This document shows, piece after piece, positions 51,305-63,913 of a stretch of DNA of 64,000 nt. The stretch is from Octopus sinensis (Eukaryota): NCBI RefSeq assembly GCF_006345805.1, contig NC_043006.1, positions 7,316,001-7,380,000 of the forward strand. Reading direction: 5' to 3'. The first letter of the stretch is position 1, and every line of letters begins with the position of its first letter. The translations under genes were made by a program, and so were the position numbers. Below the pieces are notes generated by a model. That model did not search any database and was not told the DNA's origin. It saw only the letters and a list, made by a program, of their open reading frames with translations.

Positions 51305-51850
51305 TTGTCTTTGCACAGCTTCTTAAGCTGCAGATGTACTACGGTGCCAGCTGCTCGCTACTAGTGAACGAACTTAACATCCCTTATTTTTCGAGCACCG
51401 TCCGGAGAATTCGAGCGGTTCCATGCAGTGCTGTTCTCCGCAAGTGCTCCACATTTATTGCAGACCACTTGTTCCATATATTTCTCAATATTTTTACTCA
51501 CTGTTCACAGGCCTCCGGAAATTCTTGGTACTGCTTCCACCTTTTTCAACGACCACAAATACTTAACCTCGCTACCTGACCTGTCATATCTCTCAGCTTT
51601 TCTTTCTTCCTTATCGCATGCGTTGTTGTCAGTTGGGCATGCTATATCTATGATCCAGCATCGTTTTGCTTTCTTCCTCAATTAACATTATGTCTGGTTT
51701 CCTATTTTCTATCTCATAGTCGTATTGAATCATAAAATGCCATAAGATCTCTGCGTTATCCTTTTCGATGATGCCTTCTGGTTTATGTTCAGTGGACAAT
51801 CCTTGCTATATTGCCATGACCATTCTTATATTCTCTCTGGCCTAGTGACG
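51303..51850 (-). mobile_element. R4/Dong LINE, decayed 3' fragment (third subfamily)
   Basis: Minus strand EHKPEGIIEKDNAEILW..RKPDI..IDIACP..GTARILRTVLEK* with frameshifts; 3' UTR ends at (TAA)n. Confidence 0.85.
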
Positions 51851-52673
51851 TACAATGACTGGTAATATGGAAAGTAACCAAGTACCATTCTTTGTTTGTA
51901 TACACTCCCCATGAAAAAGAGGGTAATTTTTAAGGACACCCCACTACGTAGTTTATTAGCCAGCAACTGAAACTTAGCTGAAACATTTTTTAGGTAGTAA
52001 GACAAGCGAAAGAGTTGTTCATGCAACAACTAATGCTAGCGTTCGCTCTGTGCTTTCACAGGTAAAAAAAATAGTTTACAAAGTGTATACCTTATCATAT
52101 TTGGGTTTTTACCCTCTTTTATGCTAACTGCTTTCACTGTTCCATTTTACGGACACTTCCCGATCTTCTAGTGAGTCACATCATATTGAAATACATAAAA
52201 ATTATCAGAAATCTTTTTTTTTGAAATAGCAATCTTTCAAAACAAAATATATTTTTTTAATGTAATAAAGTGAAAGATTTCTTATTCAATAAGCTTGGCA
52301 AAATTCTAATCTTGTAAAAGTGATTTGACAACATAACTGTTGTTGTGAAAACAGTAATTTCCGAAATGTTACAGAATGATATAGAAGCACCATGTAGTGT
52401 GAAATTTTAATTTAAATATGATAAAAAGTCATCTGAGGCATTATTGTATAGACTGTTATTAGTAAATAGTCTATCTACAAAATGATAACTTAACGTACAA
52501 AATCAAACATCATGCAAATTATATTATTTCTTAAAACTTGTTCGACGTCTTCTGTTGTGTCTGGGAAGAGTTATTTTCTTTTTGTGCCTTATTTCCACTT
52601 ATTTCTTATTTTAATTTTCCTAAAATATTTGTTGCGTATTGTAGCACACTCACACGGTGAGCGTGTTAAATAA

Positions 52674-52697
52674 TACTCTTTTACTCTTTTACTCTTT

Positions 52698-52735
<38 letters not shown>

Positions 52736-52900
52736 TACGACAGGCTTCTTTCAGTTTCCGTCTACCAAATCCACTCACAAGGCATTGGTCGGCCTGGGGC
52801 TATAGCAGAAGACACTTGCCCAAGGTGCCACGCAGTGGGACTGAACCCGGAACCATGTGGTTGGTTAGCAAGCTACTTACCACACAGCCACTCCTGCGCC
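52674..52900 (-). mobile_element. SINE family A with internal deletion (head joined to tail)
   Basis: Intact 5' half; (GTAAAAGA)n tail follows the central (TA)n directly. Confidence 0.88.
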
Positions 52901-54099
52901 TATATAATAAGGCACAAAAAGGAAATGACTCTCCCCAGACACAACAGAATATGCTTCAACACACGAATTCATATAAAGAATCTTGCGAACCAAATCCCAA
53001 AACGAAATTCGACGTCTTGTTTCGAGGTTTAGGCTGCAGATATTCCATTTGTACATCTCCGTTTGTGGGTGCGCTTACATAAGGCTAAATTTGACTTAAG
53101 CAATCCCTTACTGCGTCATATGTCATTATAGCCATTAAATACATCCGCATTGCTGTTTTCGCAAACGTAAATCTTTGCTTCTCTCTCCCCTATAGCCTGA
53201 CAAAGCGTGAATTGAAATATTTTTTTTCAATATTTGACAGCTTTGTAGAAAAACGACATATTTTGAATTAAATATGTTGTTGAGAATGTGCTCCCATAAT
53301 GGGATAACTGTCGAAAACTTTTTACGCTGAGATATCATTTTCTGGAGAGAATATATATTTATAATAAATTTTCCATTTAAATAATTTGGTAATTTATGTA
53401 TTTGAAAATGCAAATTCAAATCTGGATATCGTAGTAATAGACAAATACATTAGAACTGTTAAGCTATAAAGGTATCCTGCCACGGAGGGAAGAAAACGCA
53501 ACGAAAATATCGAAAAATTACTGAACCTAAATTGGACACTATAAATGCTTGAACCTACGGAGAGATAATAATATTAATAATTCCTGTTATAATAGGATCA
53601 ATAGTTATGAAGCCTGAAAATACCACTGAAAAATATTTTGTGTAACAATAAGTTTCCCGACACTAAGGAAGCATGGCACAAGGGCTGGAATTTTCGAGAA
53701 AGGACTAATCGATTATATTCATACCTGTAATTTTTGATTGATGCTATATTTTATCGACTTCAGAAGGATGAGAGGTAAAGCTGACCTCAGCAGGAATTGA
53801 ATTCAAAACTAAATAGACTTGATCAAATATTACAAAGCATATTGTCCCGACCATTTGCGATATTTAGTTACGTACACACTCATCCAATGTAGGCATGCAA
53901 GCCGGTGAAGCGATGTGAGGATTCAAGAGTTATATAGTGTTACCTAAAGTGTTTTGCAAGTGAAAGATCATTACACCTGAGGGTTCATGAGAGTACAAAT
54001 TGCTTTGAAATACGATATGCTGTAGTTAGCCAGATCTGGATCATATCAAACTAATTATAAGATACCTTCTCCGGATTCTAGATCCCTATTTCTTTACGT

Positions 54100-54153
<54 letters not shown>

Positions 54154-54200
54154 GTGTGGTGTGTGTGTGTCTTACTTTGTATAGCTAGCTAGCTAGCTAG

Positions 54201-54254
<54 letters not shown>

Positions 54255-54256
<2 letters not shown>

Positions 54257-54287
54257 GATAGATAGATAGATAGATAGATAGATAGAC

Positions 54288-54338
<51 letters not shown>

Positions 54339-54343
54339 CAGAC

Positions 54344-54376
<33 letters not shown>
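54255..54376. repeat. (GATA)n/(GACA)n microsatellite
   Basis: Direct inspection. Confidence 0.95.
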
Positions 54377-55333
54377 TGTTTCTTTATTAGCCCCACAGGG
54401 CTGCACACAGATAGAACAAATTATAAGGTAGAGCTTTTCTTTTGGGGGTAAAAAAAAGGAGAGTGGTGGTTTTCGATCAAAAGGGATCGTAAAAGGAAAG
54501 AAAAAGGACAAAAAGAAGGGGAGGGGTTAAAAAGGGGGGGAGAGAAAAAAAATGAATAATAGGGATCATTATCACAGAAATGTCAATATAAAGTGTAAAG
54601 GGGAGGACAGGTGAGGTTTACCCGTGGAAAGAAAAGCCTACGGAAAAGACCACGGTAACCTCGGTCAATGAAGTCACATGTTATATTTCTTTTTTTTTTT
54701 TTTTGCAAATAAGCAACTCTCTGTATTAATTTTTATGGTTCATAGAATCATAGTCAAGGTGGCTTCGTCATTCATACGTGCCATCCTTGCTACATTCACC
54801 CATCTTTTTTTAAAACATTCACTAGACAAAACTTGACTCTCTACTCTCACTTTCCTCTTCAAGTGATACTTGAAGAAGTTGATGAGAGATTGACCAGAGA
54901 GGAAAGTGTTTGTCTCTAATCCTTTCAGGCGCGTCCACCAGATACATTCTTTCGCCATAGCCACAAGTATGATAAAATAGCTCTTCCTTCCCGTTTGAAG
55001 GAAGGAGGCGTGACGATATTAACGATAGACTCGGCTGATAAACCGACACGTCCCACACGTGACAGCAGTCGTTCGACATAAGCCCACAGGTCGGAAATTG
55101 CTGGACACTGCACGATTGCGTGCAGAGCGGTTTCGTCGCTCTGCCCGCATCTCGGGCAGGTCGGCCCCGTGTTTCTCGAGCCATGCCTATAGAGCTTATC
55201 CTGAACGGGTAGCGCTTCTCGGTAGTACCGCCAGGCCAGGGATCTCTGGAAGTTGTCCATAGGTCCCGGGCCGAAAGTCGTTTGAAACAAGCGGGTCAGG
55301 TATTCCTCGTCGACGCCCAGGTTTGCCCCGAGC
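54377..55333 (-). mobile_element. 5'-truncated Tx1/L1-clade LINE inserted in (TATC)n
   Basis: Minus ORFs [31 protein letters not shown] (zf-RVT-type) and AKECIWWTR; pyrimidine-rich 3' UTR, AATAAA near the end, both junctions in (GATA)n. Confidence 0.88.
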
Positions 55334-55387
<54 letters not shown>

Positions 55388-55442
55388 TGTTTCTTTATTA
55401 GCCACACAGGGCTGCACACAGATAGAACAAAGACAGACAGAC

Positions 55443-55489
<47 letters not shown>

Positions 55490-55502
55490 TAGATAGATAG
55501 AG

Positions 55503-55582
<80 letters not shown>
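55334..55582. repeat. (GATA)n/(GACA)n microsatellite interrupted by a Tx1 3' tip
   Basis: Direct inspection. Confidence 0.95.
55388..55431 (-). mobile_element. Second, extremely truncated copy of the Tx1 3' end
   Basis: TGTTTCTTTATTAGCCACACAGGGCTGCACACAGATAGAACAAA nearly identical to 54377-54420, same junction with (GATA)n. Confidence 0.85.
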
Positions 55583-55583
<1 letters not shown>

Positions 55584-55938
55584 CGGGTGAACAGTGATAT
55601 ATGTTGTGTTGTTCGATAAACAAAATATTCTCTTCGTAAAGAAAGAAAAATGTTGTCGATACTATGAACGAAAAAAAAAACATCGAAAAGAGTTTGAATA
55701 TTATTGTTTTTTGGTGTGATTGCAGCAACCGTTAAAGTTAGCTGTTGTTGCTGTCGCTGTTCGCTCAAGGTTTAGCTAGTGTCAGATTGGGTCGGCAGCA
55801 GTCCGTCTGCTCGCTGTCCGTCTGTTCGCTGTCCGTCTGCCGTCTCATCTTTGCTGTCTTTGAAAGTACACCGAATTCAGAAAGAAGCGCTCCAGATGAT
55901 TAAATTATTGTTGGAGCCAGTTCTATTCGAATTTTCGA

Positions 55939-56169
55939 GGCGGCGAGCTGGCAGAAACATTAGCATGCCGGGCAAAATGCGAAGCCGTATTTCGTCTGTC
56001 GTTACGTTCTGGGTTCAAATTCCGCCGAGGTCGACTTTGCCTTTCATCCTTTCTGGGTCGATTAAATAAGTAGCAGTTACGCACTAGAATCGATGTAATC
56101 GACTTAATCCGCTTGTCTGTCCTTGTTTGTCCCTTCTGCGTTTAGCCCCTTGTGGGTAGTAAAGAAATA
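55939..56169 (+). mobile_element. SINE family B, monomer
   Basis: 15-bp TSD TATTCGAATTTTCGA at 55924-55938 and 56170-56184. Confidence 0.94.
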
Positions 56170-56584
56170 TATTCGAATTTTCGACCGTCAGAATTTTGAT
56201 CACGTGGTTAATATTCTAACGAATCACGACATCTGATGCATTGATTTGATTGTTGAAAATTCCCACTACATAAATATATATATACATACATAGATACATA
56301 CATACATACATACATACATACATACATACATAGAAGCCGGTGGTGGGAACAAACACAGGTAGAAAGACATTTTTTTGTCTTTGTTTCCTCCTATCCACCG
56401 CTTATAAACTAGTGTTGTTGCGCTTAGGTCTCCGTCGTTTAGCGCTCCTGAAAAAGCACCGATAGAATAAGTACCAGCCTTAAAAAAAAAATACGCGGTC
56501 TATTCGTTCAACTAAAATTTTTAAAGGTGGGGTCCCAGCATGGCCGCAGACTAAATGAGTGAAACAAATAAAAGATATACATAC

Positions 56585-56750
56585 AGGCGCAGGAGTGGCT
56601 GTGTGGTAAGTAGCTTGCTAACCAACCACATGGTTCCAGGTTCAGTCCCACTGCGTGGCACCTTGGGCAAGTGTCTTCCACTATAGTCTCGGGCCGACCA
56701 AAGCCTTGTGAGTGGATTTGGTAGACGGAAACTGAAAGAAGCCCGTCGTA

Positions 56751-56781
<31 letters not shown>

Positions 56782-57011
56782 GCGTATGTGTGTTTGTGCG
56801 TCTGTGTTTGTCCCCCTAGCATTGCTTGACAACCGATGCTGGTGTGTTTATGTCCCCGTTACTTAGCGGTTCTGCAAAAGAGACCGATAGAATAAGTACT
56901 GGGCTTACAAAAGAATAAGTCCCGGGGTCGAGTTGCTCGATTAAAGGCGGTGCTCCAGCATGGCCGCAGTCAAATGACTGAAACAAGTAAAAGAGTAAAA
57001 GAGTAAAAGAG
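56585..57011 (+). mobile_element. SINE family A, full length
   Basis: Head to (GTAAAAGA)n tail; TSD TATACATAC at 56576-56584 and 57012-57020; an older 3' fragment lies just upstream (~56420-56575). Confidence 0.94.
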
Positions 57012-57518
57012 TATACATACGTATGTGTGTATGCGTGTGTGTGCGTGAGTGTTTATGTGTGCGAGTACGTGAGTTTGTGCATGTAGAGTTGCAAGTATGG
57101 AGGACGACATTAGTGTTCGCTAATGTTTCATATATTTTTAATTTAATAAATGGTTAGAAACTTTCTGACCGGACATTCTGTTCTTGTTCGTGTGTTCGCG
57201 CCCGTTTCCTGGTGTCTGCCTAATGTCTGCCTTTTAACACAGAGCACTTTACAGCTTTAGGACTGTCCTACTTTTTTTTCTTATCTTATCTCATTAATCT
57301 CTCGAGAGAATAATAAATTTATCTGCTTACATGAACTTGCGACACACATGTGCGCACGAATACTCACATATCTATGTTTTGACTCTCATATTACATACAT
57401 ATACACTTGTGAGCAGGCACACACGCACGCACACGCAAACACCCATTCACACATACGCACACAAAATTAATACGCGTGAACACGCCCAGGCGCGCGCACA
57501 CACACACAGATACACATA

Positions 57519-57740
57519 TTCTTTTCTTTTCTTTTATTTCTTTTACTTGTTTCAGTCATTTGACTGCGGCCATGCTGGAGCACCGCCTTTAGTCGAGCAA
57601 GTCGACCCCGGGACTTATTCTTTGTAAGCCCAGTACTTATTTTATCGGTCTCTATTTGCCGAACCACTAAGTGTCTGTGTTTGTCTCCTAGCATTGCTTC
57701 ACAACCGATGCTGGTGTGTTTATGCCGAACCGTTACTTAG
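57519..57740 (-). mobile_element. SINE family A, rearranged 3' half
   Basis: Body match with a local deletion/duplication around GCCGAACC. Confidence 0.85.
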
Positions 57741-57756
57741 TCGTGCTTTGTGTGTG

Positions 57757-57837
<81 letters not shown>

Positions 57838-58221
57838 GTTATATAGTGTGCATTATTACACATAAATGCCACAAGCTAGGAGGGACTCTTAAAGTCAAAA
57901 ACTACTAAAATAAATAAACATATCCTTCCGAAAGCAATTCTCGAAGCAATTCATTTAAAAATAGAATTCAGTTGCAGATCACCAGTGATTTCGTAATTAG
58001 TGCAGTTATATGCACTCTTCACTCATAGGTGCAAGCATAATTCAAGATTTATAATGAATGAACAAACATATATATGTATATGTATATATACATGCACATA
58101 ATGCATACGTATACGCATAAACACACACACATACATATACACACTCATACACGCATGCATAACAAGGAATGCTAAAGAATCTCTGGCTTCAAGGATGTCG
58201 CAAAAGATCTAGTTGGAGGCT

Positions 58222-58309
58222 CAACCTTCCAACTTCTTTTACAAGGCTTAGAAAACTGATGGACTGCTGCAATAAATATGTGAATCTGAGAGGAGAATAT
58301 GTTGAATAA
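58222..58309 (+). pseudogene. Mariner transposase C-terminal remnant
   Basis: QPSNFFYK / LRKLMDCCNKYVNLRGEYVE* resembles the mariner end FF..GI.KL..RW.KC....G.Y.E*. Confidence 0.55.
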
Positions 58310-58367
58310 AATCATTGTTAACTGATCCTCCTGTATTCTCTTTTATCAGAAGCCAGGGTTCGGATAA

Positions 58368-58420
58368 AATAATATACATGTAAGATGGGGTTCCGCACCC
58401 CATCGTACATGTATATTATT
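58368..58420. repeat. Short near-perfect palindrome
   Basis: AATAATATACATGTA-A-GATGGGGT-TCCGC-ACCCCATC-G-TACATGTATATTATT. Confidence 0.85.
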
Positions 58421-59136
58421 ATCAATCAACAGAAATTAAGTGCATCAATTGCTCTTGTTAAGTAAGAGTCATGGACGAAACTCTAAGCTCTTAAGTCACT
58501 TTGTTAATTCTTTCTATTAAAGTTTATGAAATATATATACCGATGTAATGAATTCTATTTATTCTGTTTGTACCACATTACCTGTATATTCTATTATTGG
58601 GTAATAAGGGGAGTCGTTCTTCATCTCGTTTATTATCACCTAATGAAAATTATGTTTTCAAGTTGAAATCGCTGTATTCGAATTATTCATCAAATAGAAA
58701 TACGTCTGAAACAGCTGTAGCGAAATTTAATCTCAATTGTGCTCGTTTATATTCAAGCACCATGCCTGGAACCTTTCCTATGTTGGATCTGCAACTCTCA
58801 TTCGATCATGGACAGACGCGTCTGTATGTGTTTGTATATTCGGAGATTTGTAAGTATATTGAACGTAGACGTATGTACTACGACTGATCATTTCCAGGTG
58901 TTCTGAATGTTACGTTAACTTGATTGTAACGAATCCTACAACTGATTATTACACTTGTGTGTGTGTGTGTGTGTATGTGTGTATGTGTGTGTTTGTGTGT
59001 CTGAGTGAGTCTGTGTACCTAATAAAAGGTAATTACGAAATCCATCTACTTCAGGAACTCCGCAATGGCAGTTAGAGTAATATTAATTAATATTAAGAGA
59101 TGGATTTCGTATTAGACTTTTATTAGATACACTCAT

Positions 59137-59183
<47 letters not shown>

Positions 59184-59367
59184 CACATATATATAACAAC
59201 AAGCCAGTCGACACTAAAAATCTCTAATGAGACTTCTTCAACAATGTACTTTAAGAGACCCAGACTGATGGGTCGACAAATGTTGTACCTAACAAACGTC
59301 TAATATCAAAATACATCTCCTACTCTTAATTAATATTACACACATACACACACATATATATATATAT

Positions 59368-59405
<38 letters not shown>

Positions 59406-59575
59406 ATATAATATATAATGAGTTGAATGGCCTATTAAGGCCAATCCTTAATATTATTGTTGAATGTACATTATATAGTCTGTTGACTATTCTTTCTTTC
59501 TCACTGGACCGCTGGTGGCGAAAAAATTTCTATCGAATTTTTTGCTACCCTCATATTGATTAATTGATATATACC

Positions 59576-59623
<48 letters not shown>

Positions 59624-59715
59624 CCTTTATATACCTACATATATACAACTATATATGTAAATATATATATATTATATACATATATATATATACACAGACA
59701 CTGAATGGGAAAGAG

Positions 59716-59717
<2 letters not shown>

Positions 59718-59810
<93 letters not shown>
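59718..59810. repeat. (GATA)n microsatellite
   Basis: Direct inspection. Confidence 0.95.
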
Positions 59811-60017
59811 TGTATGTATTTATGCATGTTTAAATACAATCATAAACGCACAATATATCGAAAAGAAATGGGTGACTGTTTATATATGTGCTTGTGTTTT
59901 TGTGCAGGTGAATGGGTGTGGGTTTTGTCGTGGGTGCTTGTGTTTGCGTGCGTGCGTGTAAGCGCGCACCTGTATGTGAATGTGTGTTTATGTGTTAATC
60001 CCTTTCACTCTCTGTTC

Positions 60018-60172
60018 ACCCGCCGAGGTCGACTTTGCCTTTCATCCTTTCGGGGTCGATAAATTAAGTACCAGTTACGCACTGGGGTCGATGTAATCGA
60101 CTTAATACCTATGTCTGTCCTTGTTTGTTCCCTCTATGTTTAGCCCCTTGTGGGTAATAAAGAAATAGGTAT
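60018..60172 (+). mobile_element. SINE family B, 5'-truncated
   Basis: Core and 3' body match, ending AAAGAAATAGGTAT (start of the duplication junction). Confidence 0.9.
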
Positions 60173-60464
60173 GGTTTGACATCAATTCTGTTCTGAAAGT
60201 TAATCTGAATAATAAAAGCGAAACATTCTTATTGTCCTGGAGATGTCGTTCATTTCTCATCGCTATTTTCTATCTCAGCTCGAAATTTCTTCTGATGATG
60301 TAGAATATACCCCTGTTGATCCAGTAACAAAAGTTACATCGATCGTAGAGTAGGATATTCACATTACTTGCAGTTATGTTCTTCAGATATTTATTGAAGT
60401 TATTCACTGAATCCAAACTGACCACAAGCAATTCTTTGCGTTTTATGCATGTATAGAGAGATGG

Positions 60465-60530
60465 ATGGATGGATGGATGGATGGATGGATGATGGATGGA
60501 TGGATGAATGGATGGATGGATGAAAGGATG
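60465..60530. repeat. (GGAT)n microsatellite
   Basis: Direct inspection. Confidence 0.9.
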
Positions 60531-61917
60531 GTTGGATAGATCAATCAGAACTGGTTCTCTCAGATTCCACGCAGAAAACTTGAGGTCTTTAAACTTGAAG
60601 TCTTAAGCATCGAAGATAAAAACACCGCTCAAGTGATAATGGACACATTGTATAAATGAATGGCTATCTCGAAACTGCTGATATGTACTAGCGTGTATGC
60701 AGAAGGCATCCTTATCACAAACCAAGATATTTTAAGAAATGTATAAATTCTTCCTCCTTGAAAGCATTTGTCTAGCTTGATGGCTACTGAAAAATGGTTG
60801 CTATTATCCACCCCCGGTGGGAAATACGGTTAACGTGCCGATGTTCTTTGAATCACAGCGCACCTTTCATCGCAGATTTTAAGCAATCTGCATGACAAAA
60901 CACTTACTAAAAATATTCGTGGTAAAAACATTGTATAACATGCACCACATGTGAAAAGGTTTGCAAACATTTCTGTGATTTCAAAGGACACTGACAGATA
61001 TACACATGGACATCTAACTCTCCCTACAGATGTGCACATACGCAGCCTTGTCTTTTTTATTTCTCATGACTGGAGCATTCTAATTGCTCAGGCTGTCAGC
61101 AGTCGCCACTGTTCTTGTTTTCGATCAGGATTTTTTTTTCTTTCTGTCAACTTCCCCTTGCAGAACGACTTGATAAGGGAATTCGTTGTGTCATAGATAC
61201 ATTGGGTTTATGGCGCTCCATTGCAGCAAGGAGGGGCCCCTTCCCGCTTGCATATTTGGCGGATCGCTGTTATGCAAAGTTGGAAAGCTGGTTGCTTTCT
61301 GATGTTTATACAACATGCGTTGAAAATTTCTGAAATATTTTTATTGGAATGCTTCTAATCTGTAGTTCTGCTTCTGTAGTAAATGTTCAGCTTTCCAGCT
61401 CGGACATAAAGATCAAATTTATGCCGGTCTTGTTCAGTTTCAGCTTTGTTAAAAAGAGCCAGAAAAGGGATTTGATGGAGTTGCGTTTCTATAAGGTGTT
61501 CAAATTTTGCATTAACCTATCTCAGCTGAGAATGGAGAAAAAAAATCTTACAAAAACAGCAAAACAAAGAAAATACACCCATTCAGGCGTCATTTACTGC
61601 ACTGTCACTCAAGGAAATTCATATGCACAGTCTTCGGCATTTGAGATTGCAAATGATATGGTATACGGTATTGCAAACATTTTACAATGGATATCTTCTA
61701 AATTTTCTTAATATTATGGGCCCATAATTGCGTAAATTATGAGGTACATGTTAGGCGGGGCTTTGTGGCAGACGTTTGATTCCTTGCCACAGCGTTACGA
61801 GTTCCTTCGCGCTACGTGGTAGCTTGTTCGAATGTCTTGTAGTATATCCTCGAGCCGGCCATAACCTCGTGAGTGAATTTGGAAGACAGAAGCTGAAAGA
61901 AGTACTACTCGTACATA

Positions 61918-62319
61918 TATATATATATATATAAACGGCAGTTTGTCTGTGTGTGTTTCTGTGTGTCTGTTTGGTTGTACCCTCACCCTGACCACTGCTT
62001 TCAACCGATTCTGATTCAACCGATTCTGATGACACTTGACACACATAGCCCAATGTCATAATTCAAAACTAACGCAGCGAAAATTTTGAAAAGTTCCCCC
62101 AGTTCTGAAAAAAATCGATAAATTCGACATGGGGTCGAGAATTAGAAACACAAACCACAGACTGTCTAGGGGACGCAACTCGACCTTTTTTTAACTCAGA
62201 AAAAAAATTCACCATCATTTTTTTTTCCATTTTTTTGCTATTTTTTGGCTATAACTCTCTAAAAATGCTTTATAGTTATTTCCCTTACAAACCTGAGCAA
62301 CGCCGGGCGATACTGCTAG
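61918..62319 (+). mobile_element. Non-autonomous Helitron
   Basis: 3' GAGCAACGCCGGGCGATACTGCTAG|T shared with 36928-37221; 5' end decayed into (TA)n, followed by ATAAACGGC. Confidence 0.8.
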
Positions 62320-63159
62320 TATATATATAAAGTTGTCGGATTGAACCTTTGAACATCGTGCTTTTTATATGGGCGTTCCAGAGTTGGCCATCCAGACAAC
62401 TTATTCATCTATGCTCTTGAAGGAAAAACAAACAAAAACACGTCGTCTACAAAGCAGCCTTACAGTAGTTATTCCTCTACTGTATTCGTCACATCTATGC
62501 CAAACTGCAGCCGTTAGCAATCAGACTTCCTGCAAGCATTCCATTGATCCTTTGCTTCATTTCCCTAATTGCTGTTAACAGTACATTACCTTCAATAACT
62601 CTTCTTACTTCACGCACGCTGTTCGCTCATAAGCATGCTCTGACATTTATTTTTGTACAAGCCATTATTCTATATGCTCGTTTATTATAAATGATTGCTT
62701 TTCTTTAACATACTTTATTTAATGATTCTCATTAAATAAAAGCTTCGATGCGGTTGTGTTTGGCATGGTGAGAAAAATAAGTTCATGAAACAAAACGCTT
62801 CAAGATATGTGATCCCTAATGCCTACTGCAATTGCTCACTCAATTTATGGACAGTCATTTATTACTAACTGCCAAATTTGTGTTCAAAAATATTTATTCA
62901 TTACCTAAGATTCTTAATATCATATCAAAATGGTAAATATACATTTGACGCTTTGCAACTTGAAACGATGGACTAATTCAACTTAAACCGTCCACATGAG
63001 TGCACTGTTATAATACATCACACCGTCCCAAAGACGTGTGTATTTCCTAGTATATATATGGCGGTGCCCCAGCATGGTCACAGCTCATGAGCTGAAACTA
63101 GAATCAATCAATCAATCAATCAATATATATTCGATTAAATTACACCATCTAGAAAATTA

Positions 63160-63290
63160 CACCGATGTTTAAGTCAATTGCTAAATAATAAATAAAACGT
63201 ATATATTTGGTATATACCTTATATATACGTTTTATATATACCAAATATCTACGTTATTTATTATTTTACAATTTACTTAATCATCGGTAT
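63160..63290. repeat. Imperfect AT-rich foldback
   Basis: ACCGATG..TAAATAATAAATAAAACGTATATATTTGGTATATA pairs with TATATACCAAATATCTACGTTATTTATTATTT..CATCGGT. Confidence 0.7.
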
Positions 63291-63626
63291 AATATTGTTA
63301 AGGTTTTTTTTCTAATTTATATATATTATCTATATATATATATATATAATCATTTATAGCAATTATATTTATACGGCTTTAGTTTAGTATAAATTTTACA
63401 TTTAATCTAAATGTTATATATATAGATATATATATATAAAAGGGCTTAGTAAAATAAATTACTTGCCACATACTGAACTCATTGCCACATTACGAACTCA
63501 TTCGCCATACTGAATTCGCCTAAAATGGTCCCTTTACATACTGAATACTTGGTGAAATTGATTAATAATAATTAATTTTACCCTCAAATGTGATATTATA
63601 TATATATATATATAATATATATATAT

Positions 63627-63691
<65 letters not shown>

Positions 63692-63871
63692 ATTATATTT
63701 GTGAAATTTGAATTAGTATTTCTGAATTGAATTTTTCCCTGTAAGTTAGGAATAAATTTCCTCACAAATTATTATTATTATTATTATATTAATTATTATT
63801 ATTGTTGTATTATTATTATTATATTATTATTATAATATATATACACGTATTATTATAATATATAATATATA

Positions 63872-63908
<37 letters not shown>

Positions 63909-63913
63909 GTATA

